A stretch of DNA of 64,000 nucleotides from Klebsormidium nitens (taxonomy: Eukaryota; Plantae; Klebsormidiophyceae). The position numbers and the translations under genes were made by a program. The stretch lies in contig DF237084.1 of the NCBI GenBank assembly GCA_000708835.1, positions 1-64,000 on the forward strand, written 5' to 3'. How positions within the stretch are numbered: the first letter of the stretch is position 1; the number at the start of each line of letters is the position of its first letter. Below, in pieces: positions 11,545-24,600 of the stretch. The notes under the pieces are model-generated. The model searched no databases, was not told where the DNA came from, and was given only the letters and a program-made list of their open reading frames with translations.

Positions 11545-12645
11545 GGAGTGATGTTGGGTAGTATTTTGTTGCTGAGGGGGACCTGACGTCAGAGTAAGTA
11601 TAGAGTAGCCCAATGACCTTCCTTGACGCCAATGAAAATGTGCCGAAAGAGTGGCTGCATGGTTTTGTAACTTTATAACCATTTTTATGACCTGGCCAAG
11701 GAAGGTGTAAGGACTCGAAGGAGGCAGGCCTTGTTCAACTTCTAATTTGTCATCAAATGAAGCATGCACAGGGCTTGCTTTTGAGTTTCCTTTTTGAAGG
11801 GAGATTGCTTTTCCATCGTCGATTGACTAATAAGATGTCATCTTTACCTGTAGACCGGCAAAGCAACAGTCACGCATGTTGAAACGTCAGTCTAGCGCGT
11901 CTGGTCTTCATCAGCATTCTGGTTTCAAATCAACTAGACGATTACTCACAGACGAGATCTGTACTTTACACACTGACCTTATATACTCTAGATAGGTACG
12001 CCAAATTCATATATTGGATTCGAGGTCATCTCAGTCGAGTCCGCATTTATATTGTCATCCGCCTGGCATTAAGGGGGGGCCTGCTGACTGAACATTGCAT
12101 TTTGGTGTATGCTCAGTTGCACGTCATATCCGACGTTACGTTTATGCATGCCACGTGCAGCCACGCGACTGGCATGCATTAAAAAGCCAGCCCTGCCATG
12201 GTCAAAGCAACGGTGGGAGCCATATGCCTTGTAACTCAACCGCAACGCCAAAGATATCAAGTTCGCATACATATGGGAGGTCGCCGCGGGGCGCGCGCGG
12301 CAACATACCCGCAAATTGTGGCCAGCCCAAACAGGACGCACTCTAAACGACGATCGTACTCGATTGCAAATGTAATCGATCATGTCAAATTGCATCTCGA
12401 CAACAATGTAGACCATATGTCCTTTGCTGCATAAAACTCACGCAGAGATGAAAGGTCAGGGAACCAAAATAGACACTGGGTGGTGAATACTGGCATGGAG
12501 AATCATGAGAACCAAACATCCATTTTCCAACACTTTTGCAAGATGTATTGTATGTACTGGCTAGAGGCAACGTTCGGTATTCGCCAGCTTGTAGAGCATC
12601 CGGTTCACTACCTGCCCTTCGACTAGCTCAATGCAGTCCGCTCAA

Positions 12646-15600
12646 CTACTTCTTGTCTTGAGGTTGCGGAGCTTGCCCCGGTTGCATCGAACTCCGACCA
12701 CCCGGATCTACACCCGCACTCGGCGGCGCTTGGCCGATGCCCAACGGCGGAGCGACTCCCGCCACCCCGAGCGCACCGACCGGTGATACGCCCCCCGAGC
12801 CTTGCAACATCATCTGCGCTTGTTGAAGATTGTACGGGTAACTCGCGGGGCTCTGTAGCGCCGCCGCCGGGCTCACCAGTCCTTCCGGCATCGGGTTAGC
12901 GCCCAACGGATTCGCCGCGCTCTCGTCCGGAACCAACTGCATTGGAGGCCGCCGCGGTGTGCCTACTTGGGGACCGGCGTGCGGGTTCACGCCCGCGAGC
13001 TGCGTTTGGGCGACCTGCGCAATCGCCGCGGCCGCGGCGAGCTGCGCGGAGCTCTGCATCGGCGCGTTTTGCGGCATCTGCATACCTCGGCTACGCCCCG
13101 CGGGGGTGCCCCGCCCCGCTCTTCCCGCCGCAACTTGCGGGCCCGCCCCCCTGCCCATTGGACTCGGGACCCCCCCCCGTGGCCCAGGTTAACTTGACCC
13201 CCGGGGGGGGTNNNNNNNNNNNNNNNNNNNNNNNNNNNNNNNNNNNNNNNNNNNNNNNNNNNNNNNNNNNNNNNNNNNNNNNNNNNNNNNNNNNNNNNNN
13301 NNNNNNNNNNNNNNNNNNNNNNNNNNNNNNNNNNNNNNNNNNNNNNNNNNNNNNNNNNNNNNNNNNNNNNNNNNNNNNNNNNNNNNNNNNNNNNNNNNNN
13401 NNNNNNNNNNNNNNNNNNNNNNNNNNNNNNNNNNNNNNNNNNNNNNNNNNNNNNNNNNNNNNNNNNNNNNNNNNNNNNNNNNNNNNNNNNNNNNNNNNNN
13501 NNNNNNNNNNNNNNNNNNNNNNNNNNNNNNNNNNNNNNNNNNNNNNNNNNNNNNNNNNNNNNNNNNNNNNNNNNNNNNNNNNNNNNNNNNNNNNNNNNNN
13601 NNNNNNNNNNNNNNNNNNNNNNNNNNNNNNNNNNNNNNNNNNNNNNNNNNNNNNNNNNNNNNNNNNNNNNNNNNNNNNNNNNNNNNNNNNNNNNNNNNNN
13701 NNNNNNNNNNNNNNNNNNNNNNNNNNNNNNNNNNNNNNNNNNNNNNNNNNNNNNNNNNNNNNNNNNNNNNNNNNNNNNNNNNNNNNCCCAGGTTAACTTG
13801 ACCCCCGGGGGGGGTTTGACCAAGGGCCCCGACGTGTTGCTGCATAGCCCCCGGGCTCAGGACCCCCCCCGCGGCGGCGGCCTGCGCCGACCGAGCGGCC
13901 GCGTTGCGCGCCTGGATCTGCTGCCACACCTCCTGCCGCTTCTCGGGGGGCAGGGTCTGCATGTACTGCCGCAACTGCTGCTGCTGCTGTAGATTGACCT
14001 TCGGAGACGGTAACGCTTGCGCGGCGTTACCAACCTCGGAAGGCGGTTGGACCGGGGGAATTTGAACTTGAGGGGGGGGTTGCTGTCCGAGTTGCGGCCG
14101 CTGTTGCATGTGCGGCTGTTGGGGGGCCATTTGACGCGCCCCCGCGGCTAGATGTTGGACTTGGGGGTTGGCGGCCCGCTGGATCGTCGGGCTCGAGCCG
14201 CTCGGTGGCGCAATGGGAGAGCCCATTTGGCCCTATAGTGGAGGGAATAAAACGCGTTGAACTATCTGCAAAGCTGTCTGAAGTGTGCGAATTTCATCGG
14301 GCGTCGATATTAAGACAACGGACATCCTGCTGCCAGCCTTCTCAAACAGCGGTCAAGAGGTTCTCCTGTATCCTCAAGAACGTTAGGTTACACTCAGACA
14401 AGCGACTCAAGGAACATAGAATTAGTGAAACAAGAGCTCTGAAGGAGGTTGAAATAAGAGAACGCTTTCAGACAAAGAAGAGACCCAAAGAGCAGTTCTC
14501 GAAACACATTGCTCCCGATCAATGCAAGAAGCTTTGAATAACAGCGATTGCAAAGTCAAGCAACTCGACACGACATGTATTTTGTCCCCGAAATCACGAA
14601 GTCGGTGCTCAACCAGAACTTCTTTGGCACCATGTATCCAAGAGAAGAGAATGTCAACGACAAAACTCTTGAATAAGCACAGGAGCGAACAGGGAACGCA
14701 GCTTTCGCACACATTGTCGGAGCTCACCTGTTGTAGCTGCCGCACTTGCGGCGGCGCCTGTCCCCCTTGCATGGCGCCCTCCATCCCTTGCCCCGGCCCG
14801 GCCCCCTGTCTTCCCGACACCGACCGCTGCATCTGCGGCGCTCCCGGCTGACCCTGCTGCGCCGGAATGCGCTGCAACTGGGGGGCCATTTGCCCCGGCT
14901 GAGGACCCCCCCCCGGCGGGGCCCCCTGCCGCTGCTGCAACTGCGCGATCTGGTTCGCCGACTGGACCTCGTTCTGCGACAGCTGTCTTTGGAACATCTG
15001 CTGCTGCTGGCTCTGTTCCGACTGGCTGCCCCCCTGCTGCTGTGACAGCTGTCGTTTCAGCTGGGCTTGTTGCTGCTTCGTGGGGGGCTTCGCTTGGCCC
15101 CCCTGCGAGGGGGGGGTCGGAAGCTGGCCGGAACTACCCCCCGCCGGGAGGCTTTGTGGCGGCTTTCCCCCCTGTTGTTGTTGCTGTTGTTGCATGTGTT
15201 GCGCCCGAAGCTGCTGTTGGATCCGCTGTTGTTGCACCAGTTGTTGTTGCGCCGCAAGTCGCATTTGGTGCGTCCCGACCGGCAGTTCGCCGCCCTGACC
15301 CATGAGCACCTGCGGACGGGGTGAGAGCGAAAGCTTTGAATTCGGCGGCAAAGGAACTGGAGCGAAAGCTTTTGAGCAGCATCAGAGGCGAGAGCAAGAT
15401 TCACGTCAACATCGAGGTCACCGTCTCTTCCATGATTCGTTAGTTAGAGTCGGTCCGGCGGATGCCTGGTGCCGACTTCTCGTTTGCTACCCGAACACGG
15501 CCTTTGGAGCGCTCTCGTCAATCTCCAAAATCAAAGGGCAAAACATCACAGACGCGACAAACGCTATCCAATGACAAACGCCGGCTTTGGAGGATGGAAC

Positions 15601-18600
15601 CGCAAGCAAAGACCACAAGCGAAAAGAAACAAAGACGGAGAAGAAGAGGCGAGACACAAAGAAAAACATCGCCAGAACGAATGCTATGATTCGCCGACAA
15701 AAGTGCGGACGTAAAGAGGAAAGTCATACCTGCGGCGGGGGGAGGCTTTGCCCCTGCGACCCCCCCGACTGGCTCCGCGCCAGCGCCGCGGCCATCTGCT
15801 TCTGCTTTGCCTGCTGCTGCTGTTGCTGCAGCATCTGCGCCTGTTTCAGCGTCGGTGCGCCTCGTCCCCCCCTCCCGGCGGGCTGCATATTTGCCCCCCC
15901 CTGAGGAGTTTGGGGCGTGCCGGGGACTTGCTGGCGTTGCTGTTGTTGTTGGGCTTGCGCGGCTTGCAGGTTGGTGCGCTGGATCTGTTGCGCTTGGGCT
16001 TGCTGTTGTTGGTGTAAGATCTGGCGCTGTTTCAACTGGTTCTGCATCTGCTGCTGTTGTTGCTGTTGGTGCTGAGCCTGCTGGGAGGGTAAATATGGAG
16101 TTCAGTCCGTGGCTGGTATTTTAGAGATGGGGAGAGAAGAAAATGACTCGTGGCGTAGGAAAGGGCTGGAAAGATTCAGCGACAACCAGAGCACTGGAGT
16201 GATAATATCCAAAAAGGTCGGAACGCCGCAAGAAGGTGGCGAAAGGACAGCACGTGTCAGTTTGGAGGAGCCTGTTGATGGCTGGAACGTGCTGTCTGGG
16301 TTTGGATGGATGACGTCCTTGAAAGGGTTTCTAAAATGGACACAGCATGCATCATTTCCACGCCCGGCAGAGTCGGCTGCTCCTCCACTCTGGTACGCTA
16401 ACCCGCCTCGACGGCCAAGATTAACATATTTGTATGTGATACGCGCATGTGAGGGACGCTCGCAATTGCTCGACTGTCGCTCGCAAGAACGTCACATGTG
16501 GACAGCCCAAAACTCCTGAAAATTTGGAACCCTCAAACCCGCTTCGACCATCGACTGTCAAGAACGAGAAGTCAACAGCGAAGCGCGAATTGCTCGTGCA
16601 ACCTGCTGAACCTGCAGAGGATCCTCCACAGCACTGCTTCCCTCACGGCTATTCTCGAGCAAGAATATCCGGAACGTCAAAATTCCGAACGGTCATGTTC
16701 TGAAACTTTCAAGGAGAAACGAGGAAGGAGCACGAAACAAGCGTGCGACCTGCTGCGCTGCTGATGCTGCGTTTGGTGCACCTGGCTTTTGTGACCTCGA
16801 AAGTCCAGACTCAAGATTCCGAAAATATCCTCCCGAATTCCAGAAAAGTAAAAAATGGAGCGCAGAGAGAGCGTGCGACCTGCTGTTGCTGCTGTTGTTG
16901 CTGCTGCACTTGCTGCATTTGCTGCAGCTGTTGCTGCTGACGTTGCTGCATCTGGTGCCGCTGCTGGACGCCCGCCTGCGCCGCCAGCTGTTGTTGCGCC
17001 TGCCGGTGCTGCATCTGACAGAGAGAACAGCAACAAGGACGTCAGAAAGGGGTGACGTCAGCACTGGATGCAAGGGCAGCGTACTGAGCTTTCCAGTGTG
17101 AAAAGGCTCGCTGCGTGATGTCCTCTGCCCCACCGATTGCAACTGCGCCTGCCGGTGCTGCATCTATTACACAAAAGGGATGATGACGTCAGTATAAAAA
17201 TTCACAGGCGGCATTTCCGGTCCGAGCTTTGAAAGTAACGGGAACGACTAACGCATGCCAACGTGCGTACTTGTAACGACTTTCCATGTGTCCACTTCAA
17301 AAAAATAAGGCGACGATTGAAAGGTTCGTAGCACATGCGTTCCTCCTCAACTGCACTTTGACACGGCATCTTGTCATGCATAGGAGGACGGAAGTCCATA
17401 TATTGATGCGACGTCAGGCCCGACAAAAGCTTCAAAGAACCGAATTTTGCTCGTCAGAAAGTCAATGTCTCTCAAAAGCGAACGAGGAAAGGAAACGATA
17501 CGATTGTAAGACTGCCTGATCACGAACCACACCGATCCCACCACCTTTGAAACTGCACACGCCAGAATTTTCTGACAACGTGGAAGCAATATACTTATCA
17601 CAAAACCCATCATAGTTCCTGCATTCAAAAGAGACAGACGAGGACGAGGGACAGCACCGGCCAGTCGTCTACCATAGATCAAAACCAAACGATTGAAACA
17701 CCTTCACCTGTTGTTGCTCCAGCAACACGCTGCTTCGAAAAACAGGAAATTGCGTCATGCGTTCTTCTGATCAGCCCACAACGAAGGAGACACAATCAGA
17801 TTCCTCAAATTCGAATGAGAATACCATAAAACACAACTCCACCCCTCACCTGCTGTTGCTGCAGCTGTTGCTGCAACACCTGCTGCGGGTGCTGGTGCGC
17901 CATCGGCGCGGGGTGGCCCGGGACGAGTTGTGCCCCCACGTGGGCCCCGTGGTGCGTGCTCGATATCACGCGCTGCGCCATCTGGCTTGCGCTCATGTGC
18001 GAAAGCGGGGCCAGCTGCGGGGAGCCCGGAACAGGGGTCCCGATTTGGGCGCCAGACGGGTCGGGGGGCCCACGTGTCAGCAGGTGATTGCGCGAGGCGG
18101 GGGTGGGGAAGATGCGCGAGGGGGGGAGGCCCGTGGGGGAGGGGAGGGCCATTGGGAGGCCGGGGCTGGGCAGGCGCATACCCCCTGAACCGGAAGAGGA
18201 AGAGGGTCAGTAATACAAAAGCAGAACAGACTTGTGGGAAAAAGAAAGGGCCCACTGAAGCTTCCAGGCAAATCTCCAGCGTCTCATGTAGTCGTCATCA
18301 GTACACTTGCAGACTTCCTAACCTGTGCAGTGCAAACAATCAGCCGGTGCTCGAGTCACTCTTCTTGACGAGCTTCCGGGATCAGAAGGAGCACGATCCC
18401 GCAAGTCAACCAGAAGCAGAAATCAGGTTTTGAACCCACGGTTCAGATCGACCTGGCTTAGTAACGCACACTTCTTACACTCAGAGGCCCACTGCGTCAA
18501 TGACAAGCTCGAGAACACAACGGACCGATCCTAGCCGACTGAAAGCAAGCTCTCGCCTACCAGAAACAGAAGCTTTAAACCATTGCTCGAGCAAATCCGT

Positions 18601-21600
18601 TTCAACACTAAGCTACACCAACAGTTTCCTGACTGCCCGCAAATACCTAGCAGCAGCCATAGGCTCAGTCCGCGTGCTGAGTACGAGAGCCACTGCGTCA
18701 ACAAGAGACTCGGGAAAACGACAAATCTTTCCTGGTAGTCTAAGAGGAACCTCTCGTCTCCCAATAAACACTTGATTACGTCCTCAATTGCTGGAATCAG
18801 TAACAGCAACCAGATTCTTACTGCCAATCCTTACCTGGCATTGCCATTGGGCCCAATCCGCTAGCGGCCCCGACAAGCGCCCCAGCCGCCGACATGGGCA
18901 GTCCACGGCTCTGGCCGTTCATGCCCATGGGAGGACCCATCTGCTGCCGGTGACCCGCGGAGACGATGTCGTCAGAGTAGAGCTGGTGGCCCTCGTGTTT
19001 CAGCTGCGGGGGGGAGGAGGGGATGAAAGGATCAGAAAAAAAAAACTCAGGGCTTCTGGACCAGTCTACGATATGTTTGCGATCAATCGAAAAGATCTTC
19101 GCTTGTAAGGGGGCGTGGAACCAGTGGGGAAGTTTTCAAGAGTGGACCTAAGATGACCGCTTTTTGCAAAGCCACTTCAGTGCTCGTGTGCGGTCGGTTG
19201 AGTGTAACTGTACTGTCCATTTCCGGAGAAGCACGAGAACCTTCTTTCGGGACTTCACGTATGACATTAGCGTCACATCAGTAGTCTAACGGTACTCAGA
19301 GCCTACGAGGACCGCTTCGACAACGCAGCGGCCCTCTTTGACCCTCGAAACAACTGACGAACACCACTTTCCACAGCAATCTGCTTGCGGAGTGGTCAAA
19401 CACCGCACACCATAAAATGTGCCGACTTTGTCTTTGAAGGCCATGTCTATGACAAAGAAAAGACGTCACGCTGATCTCATTGGGGGATCCCTCACCAGCC
19501 GCGTCAGCTCCGCTGCAAACGCATCCGCCGCCTCCTGCGATGGGAGCAGCGGTAAGACGACCTTCCGACTCCCGCTTCCAGGCACTTGCGGGTCTTCGTC
19601 GCCTTCGTCCCCAGTGACTTGCAGCACTGGTTGGATCATGGTGTCCTGGGGGCGCCCAAACAGGAACAGCCGCAGGTGGCGGTAGACCACCATTGTCGGG
19701 GGGCCTTTAGTGCCTGCAAGAAGGGGTGTCGGCAAGTCAGACCATAGGGGTTTGTCAATGAGTCTGGTGTTTTGAAGGCGCCCAAACAGGATAGCAGTAG
19801 GTGGCGGTAGACAACCATTGTGAGGGGCCGTTTTGTAACTGCGAGGAAAACAGTAGGTGCGGGTTTCGAACCTCGTAGTATATAACTTGAACTTATGCCA
19901 AACTTATGAAGTTCTTGGAAACAAGAGTAGCCTCCGGGGGGACAACACACGAAGGGGCCTTCTGCGCAAAACATCACGTCGTGGCAAGCCGAGGTAAGGA
20001 TTCTGCAGATTAGAGATTTGAAGTCTGACGCTTTCCTTTGGTTGAGACGAGGATTCTCCCCGGGATCAAACGACCAATGAGGAGAAGGCAGGGCCCCTCC
20101 AAAACTTGGGTTGACTCTGAAGGACTCTGTCTTCGGGAATCTGAGAAGAGCCAGCCTTAAGATTTTGACAAAGCAAAAGGTCGGGGCTAGTGTTGCAGAA
20201 CATTGTGGACTCGGCGATGATGAACAGTAGGGAGAGTGTACTCAGTGCGAGGTACGATAGCCCCAATTCGAGAAACCAAAGCGGCTCCCTTGACACTGGA
20301 ATCGACTCTGGCTTTCATAGCATCCGACTATGCTCAAGATGTCGCACTATAGATTGGAGCCTTCTGTGAAAACAAATGTGATCCTACAAGGCCATGATAA
20401 GGGAAGTGGGATAAGCGAGTTGAGCAAAAGAGATCTACATGACTCCAAAAAGTACACTTGACCGCTGCTGACGCTATCACTGGGAATCAGAATGGGCTAG
20501 CTGTGTCAAAGCCAACGTATGATTCCGCCGTGACAAGTAACATTACAATTGCCAAATGAACGCTTCTGGCTTCCAGAACAGATGCAGTGAGCACCATAAA
20601 GCCCATTCTTTAGGAATCCTGTCCGTCACAGCCAAACGCTTACTGCATAGGCGAGCTCAAAGGAGGTTCGACCTCGGGACCTAAATATTAGACCCGAACT
20701 TCCACACAAGCCCTTATGCTCTCATTGAAGTCGAAAATGTAACACTGAAAGTGACTTGACTTGGTTCAGAGACAAAGTGTCTGTTTTCACAGAAAAGCAC
20801 GAAATACTTGAAATAGCTGGTATTTGTGCTTTCGTTCGTTTTCTCAACGGTCCAACCCGAGGCTGGCAAGCGAAAGCTTCGACCACCAGTCGAACCTTTC
20901 AGGGAATCAAAGTCCTCCACTTCCAAAAGAAATCAACAGTCTGATGCTGTCAGTTTGATTAGGGTACACCAATTCAAGTCTACGTTGATCCAACTGACAA
21001 TCCCACCACAGCACGACCAGAAAAACGACGAATCTACAAGACCCATCGCGAAAAAGCGTTGCCTGCAGCTGAAGGCCATCTCAACAGCATGCAAAACGTG
21101 GTGAGCTAGTACAGCTATGTCTGGCATCAGGACTTCCTTGGAGAGTTTCGGGGTTCCACAACCCCAGGTTCATTCGATACGTCACAGCCATTCATCGTAT
21201 CCAAGAAAGGGACTTGGCGAGGACAGAATCCTTCTACCGATAGCATAACCGCCTTTACCAGCTCCGTTCCAATTCGGTTCGTCAGGAGATGCCACTGCAA
21301 AAGTCGTCTATAGATGAGAGTCGAGAGCAATATCCAAGTCGAAGACTAGCAACCATGCAACTAAGCAGTGCCAACATAGGCAAGACGACACCATAAGGGC
21401 TGACGCTAGATCCTCCCACCTTATTGGGAACTTGGACTTACAGTGGCAGGCCAAGCAGATGCGAAGAGGACAAGATCGATGAGGTTTACATGCCGCGACT
21501 GTCTGCCAGCATAAGTTTTTTGAAGTCGTTGCAACGCAGAAGGCGAAAATTGTGGCTTTGTTGATTGCGCTGACTTCATGGTGTTCCAAGCCTCGGATCT

Positions 21601-24600
21601 TTGGACCGCCTGAGATTGTTTCGAGCATGTTTCCGTCGTCCATGCCAGCCAGGAAGCACGAACGAAGTGAACTTGCAGAATCAGAATGATGAACTCGTTG
21701 TACATGGGGGAAAGTCGTGAATCTAAGAGGCCCGGAGACCAAAGCTGCCCACAATGCTAGTCGCTTCAGTAAGCAAGGAGCTTTGAAGTTCTTTAAGGGC
21801 CACCAACAATGTAACATCAAGTATGGCTTCAGCAAAAGAGTTCAACCAATGAGGACAGAGATCGTCCTCACTTTGAGCCCAAATCACAGCCAAAGCTCGA
21901 GACAACCTAGGAAACCTCTAAGCTAGCTTACACAACCAGATTCGACGAGAAAGCGAGATTCGACACACAAGGTCGAATCTTTTAAGCCGCGATGACACGA
22001 AATTCGATGCAGTAGTTTCGAGATTGCATCCTCCGAATGAGGGAAGACCTTCGGACATTTGTTACTTGCGACAGACTCCAAGCGAAGGCATAACCAGAGT
22101 CAGCTCTACCATCAGCGGCAGAGAGTCGTCCAGGGGCTTGCTCATCAATGGCGAGCAAGATTGATAGCAGAGGAGAATGAATTGATTGCACAAAGTCCGA
22201 GCATTCCGTTGGAGATTGGCGTCAAGATTCCTTTGGTTCTTGGGCAAAACTGCCCGCACAGCAAGGCATCTCTTCACAGCCAGCAGCAAAGCACATAGAC
22301 AGACAACAAACCCTCTGGTCTTCGGAGCAGAATGCAAGGGGTGTCCTCCAGAAGCAACGCGTTCTACGTACACATAGAAGCAGCGAGGCGCGAGGACCTT
22401 CGAAAAGACGCATTACTCACGACAGGAACAAGTTTTCTGCCATCGAGCTGGTGGAAGCTTTTTGCAGTCCGTGAGCTCTAAGAAGAGCCTGAACAAGACC
22501 GCAATTATTCCAGACAGGCTGGCCTCAGGGAAGCATGGACGTGTGGGTCGCACGTTTGGCCCCAGTCAAGAACTTCCATCGTTGCCGGCCGCGTTTCGAG
22601 TCCAGCGCCCATGTAAACTTTCCGCACAAAAGAAGTGGCTTATCTGGCCAAAACTTGTACGAGATACAATGAGTGCATTCTCTTAGCCGTAACCGCCAGT
22701 CGCATCTCAGGTGCACAGCCTCCTAGGGCAGAATTTTGGGCTTTGCTGAGTCCTCGGTCCTCTTCTTGTTCAATCGGCACCAAAGCAGTCTCATCTCGAA
22801 GATGTATGGTTGCACTCGTTTAGGGTGCGGACAAAGGCTTCGCTTTCAAGCGACAATCTCTTTTGAAACAACGGGTTCGCGTAAGTGAATTCCACCATTC
22901 TCCGTTCAGACATCCTAAAACGCCATTTTGAAATACAAAAGTCCAACAATGGGCGCCCCCTTGCCGGGACCACACGTCACCCTTCACTGGCAGACCGCAC
23001 TGTCGATCTCGATCAAGAGTCAAGGACGATAGCCCGTGAATCCCATGACCAAAGTAATTGCAAACCACAGCCGGTCTTACCTGGCGCGGGCCGCGCTTCC
23101 GCTTTGACGAAGTGGATCACCCCGGCTCTTCCGTCCGTTCAAATGAACCGCCAAATCCCCTAGATACATCATCCAAAAATAATTGCTACTAGAAAAAACC
23201 TTAAGTGCCAAATAGAGGGCTTACCAGGCACGGGCCGCGCCTCCGCCTTGACGAGGATTACCTTAGATCTGCCCACGTTTACGACCAAACGAACCGCCAG
23301 CACCAAAAAAAAGGTATTTCCAAAAAAATATCCTTTAGAACAAAACCCCAACTGCCAAAGAGAGGGCTTACCAGGCGCCGGCCGTGCCTCCGCCTTGACG
23401 AAGTGGATCACCCGGTTTTTGCGCGCGTTCACACTCCCTCCCACGAGCGACGTGGCCATGCTGCGCGACATGGTCGGATCCGCCACGTCTTTCGACGCGT
23501 CCATCTGCGAGAGCGCCACCTGGATCTCGCGCATCGACGGAACGGCGCCGGTGGGGCGGACGACGGGGTCGGACTTGGGAGGCTTCGGTTGCAAGTCGTG
23601 CCTGGAGGGATGCGGTTTCATAATGTTGGTATTTCGTACATGATCAGAATGTTTGTCTTGACAACTTCGTAGCGCAAACTCGGGTTAGAACCTGCATGTT
23701 GCGCATTGACGGGACAAGGCCGGAAGGGCAGACGACGGGTCACTTGGGTGGCTTCGGTTGGAGGTCGTACCTGGAAAGATGGAAAGGACAACGCTCCAAA
23801 GTTTTTAACTTGGGTGTTGGGATCTGAATTTGTACGACCACCAGGGTCAGAACACGGAGGTTAGTGGACGTACGAGGCAGTTGTCTTGACAAAGAAGCAG
23901 ATTGCGACCAGATAAATAACCAATCAACCATCGGTGTTTCTTTTGGCCTTGTCCCAATCTTGCTCCGAAAGCTGAGCTGACGTGGAAGACTCTTCTCAGG
24001 ATCTCTTCTTACGAACCGCACCAGAAGGGCGAGAATGAGAACCAGCACAGTGCACCACTTCCCGGACAAATAATCAAGGGCATCTCGTTTCTTCCTCGAG
24101 GCTCACTTTCGTATCAGCTGTAGCAGAACGGCCCTCGTGTCCACTTTCAGCTTCCTGTCATCTTCCGACGCGTGTCCGTCCAAGAGTCCTGGCACGGGCG
24201 GCGCCCCGGGGCGCACTCCCAGTCTTGTATCCTCCGACGGCTCCCCCTTCACCTGTTAAGAGCGAAGCAGTTTGTGTTTGTAGGCGAACATTGGGACGCG
24301 GTCGCGAAGTCATAAGTGCCCCTTTTCAGTGAGGCTGATCCTAGGAAGAGCACCTGACTTGGTATCTATTCAGAACAGTATCCGGGTCGGCCATTGGTTC
24401 TTGCGCGTATTCAGTAGCTTCAAAGTTGATGCCTCTTGACAGAAGTGCGCTGGATTAGGATTGCTCGAAGAAGAGAATTCTGAAAACCTCTGCAAAACAG
24501 GAGCTTGCCGTCCCGCAGGCCAAGGCAAACGGTAAAGCACGCAAGCAGCGACGACCACGACTGTCGCTTCCGACCTAACAAAAGCGTCGGCGTCCAGACC

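Noticed and set aside
7140-12330. Weak similarity between the GC-rich patches at ~7140-7330 and ~12165-12320; NotI-based hairpin at 7218-7241
   Set aside because: Only short shared words (CTGGCATGCA, CGCAAAT); no convincing alignment and no Helitron CTRR end.
12942-18433. Many plus-strand and alternative-frame ORFs rich in C/L/A runs
   Set aside because: They are antisense or alternative-frame shadows of the CAG/CAA-rich SPT20 exons.
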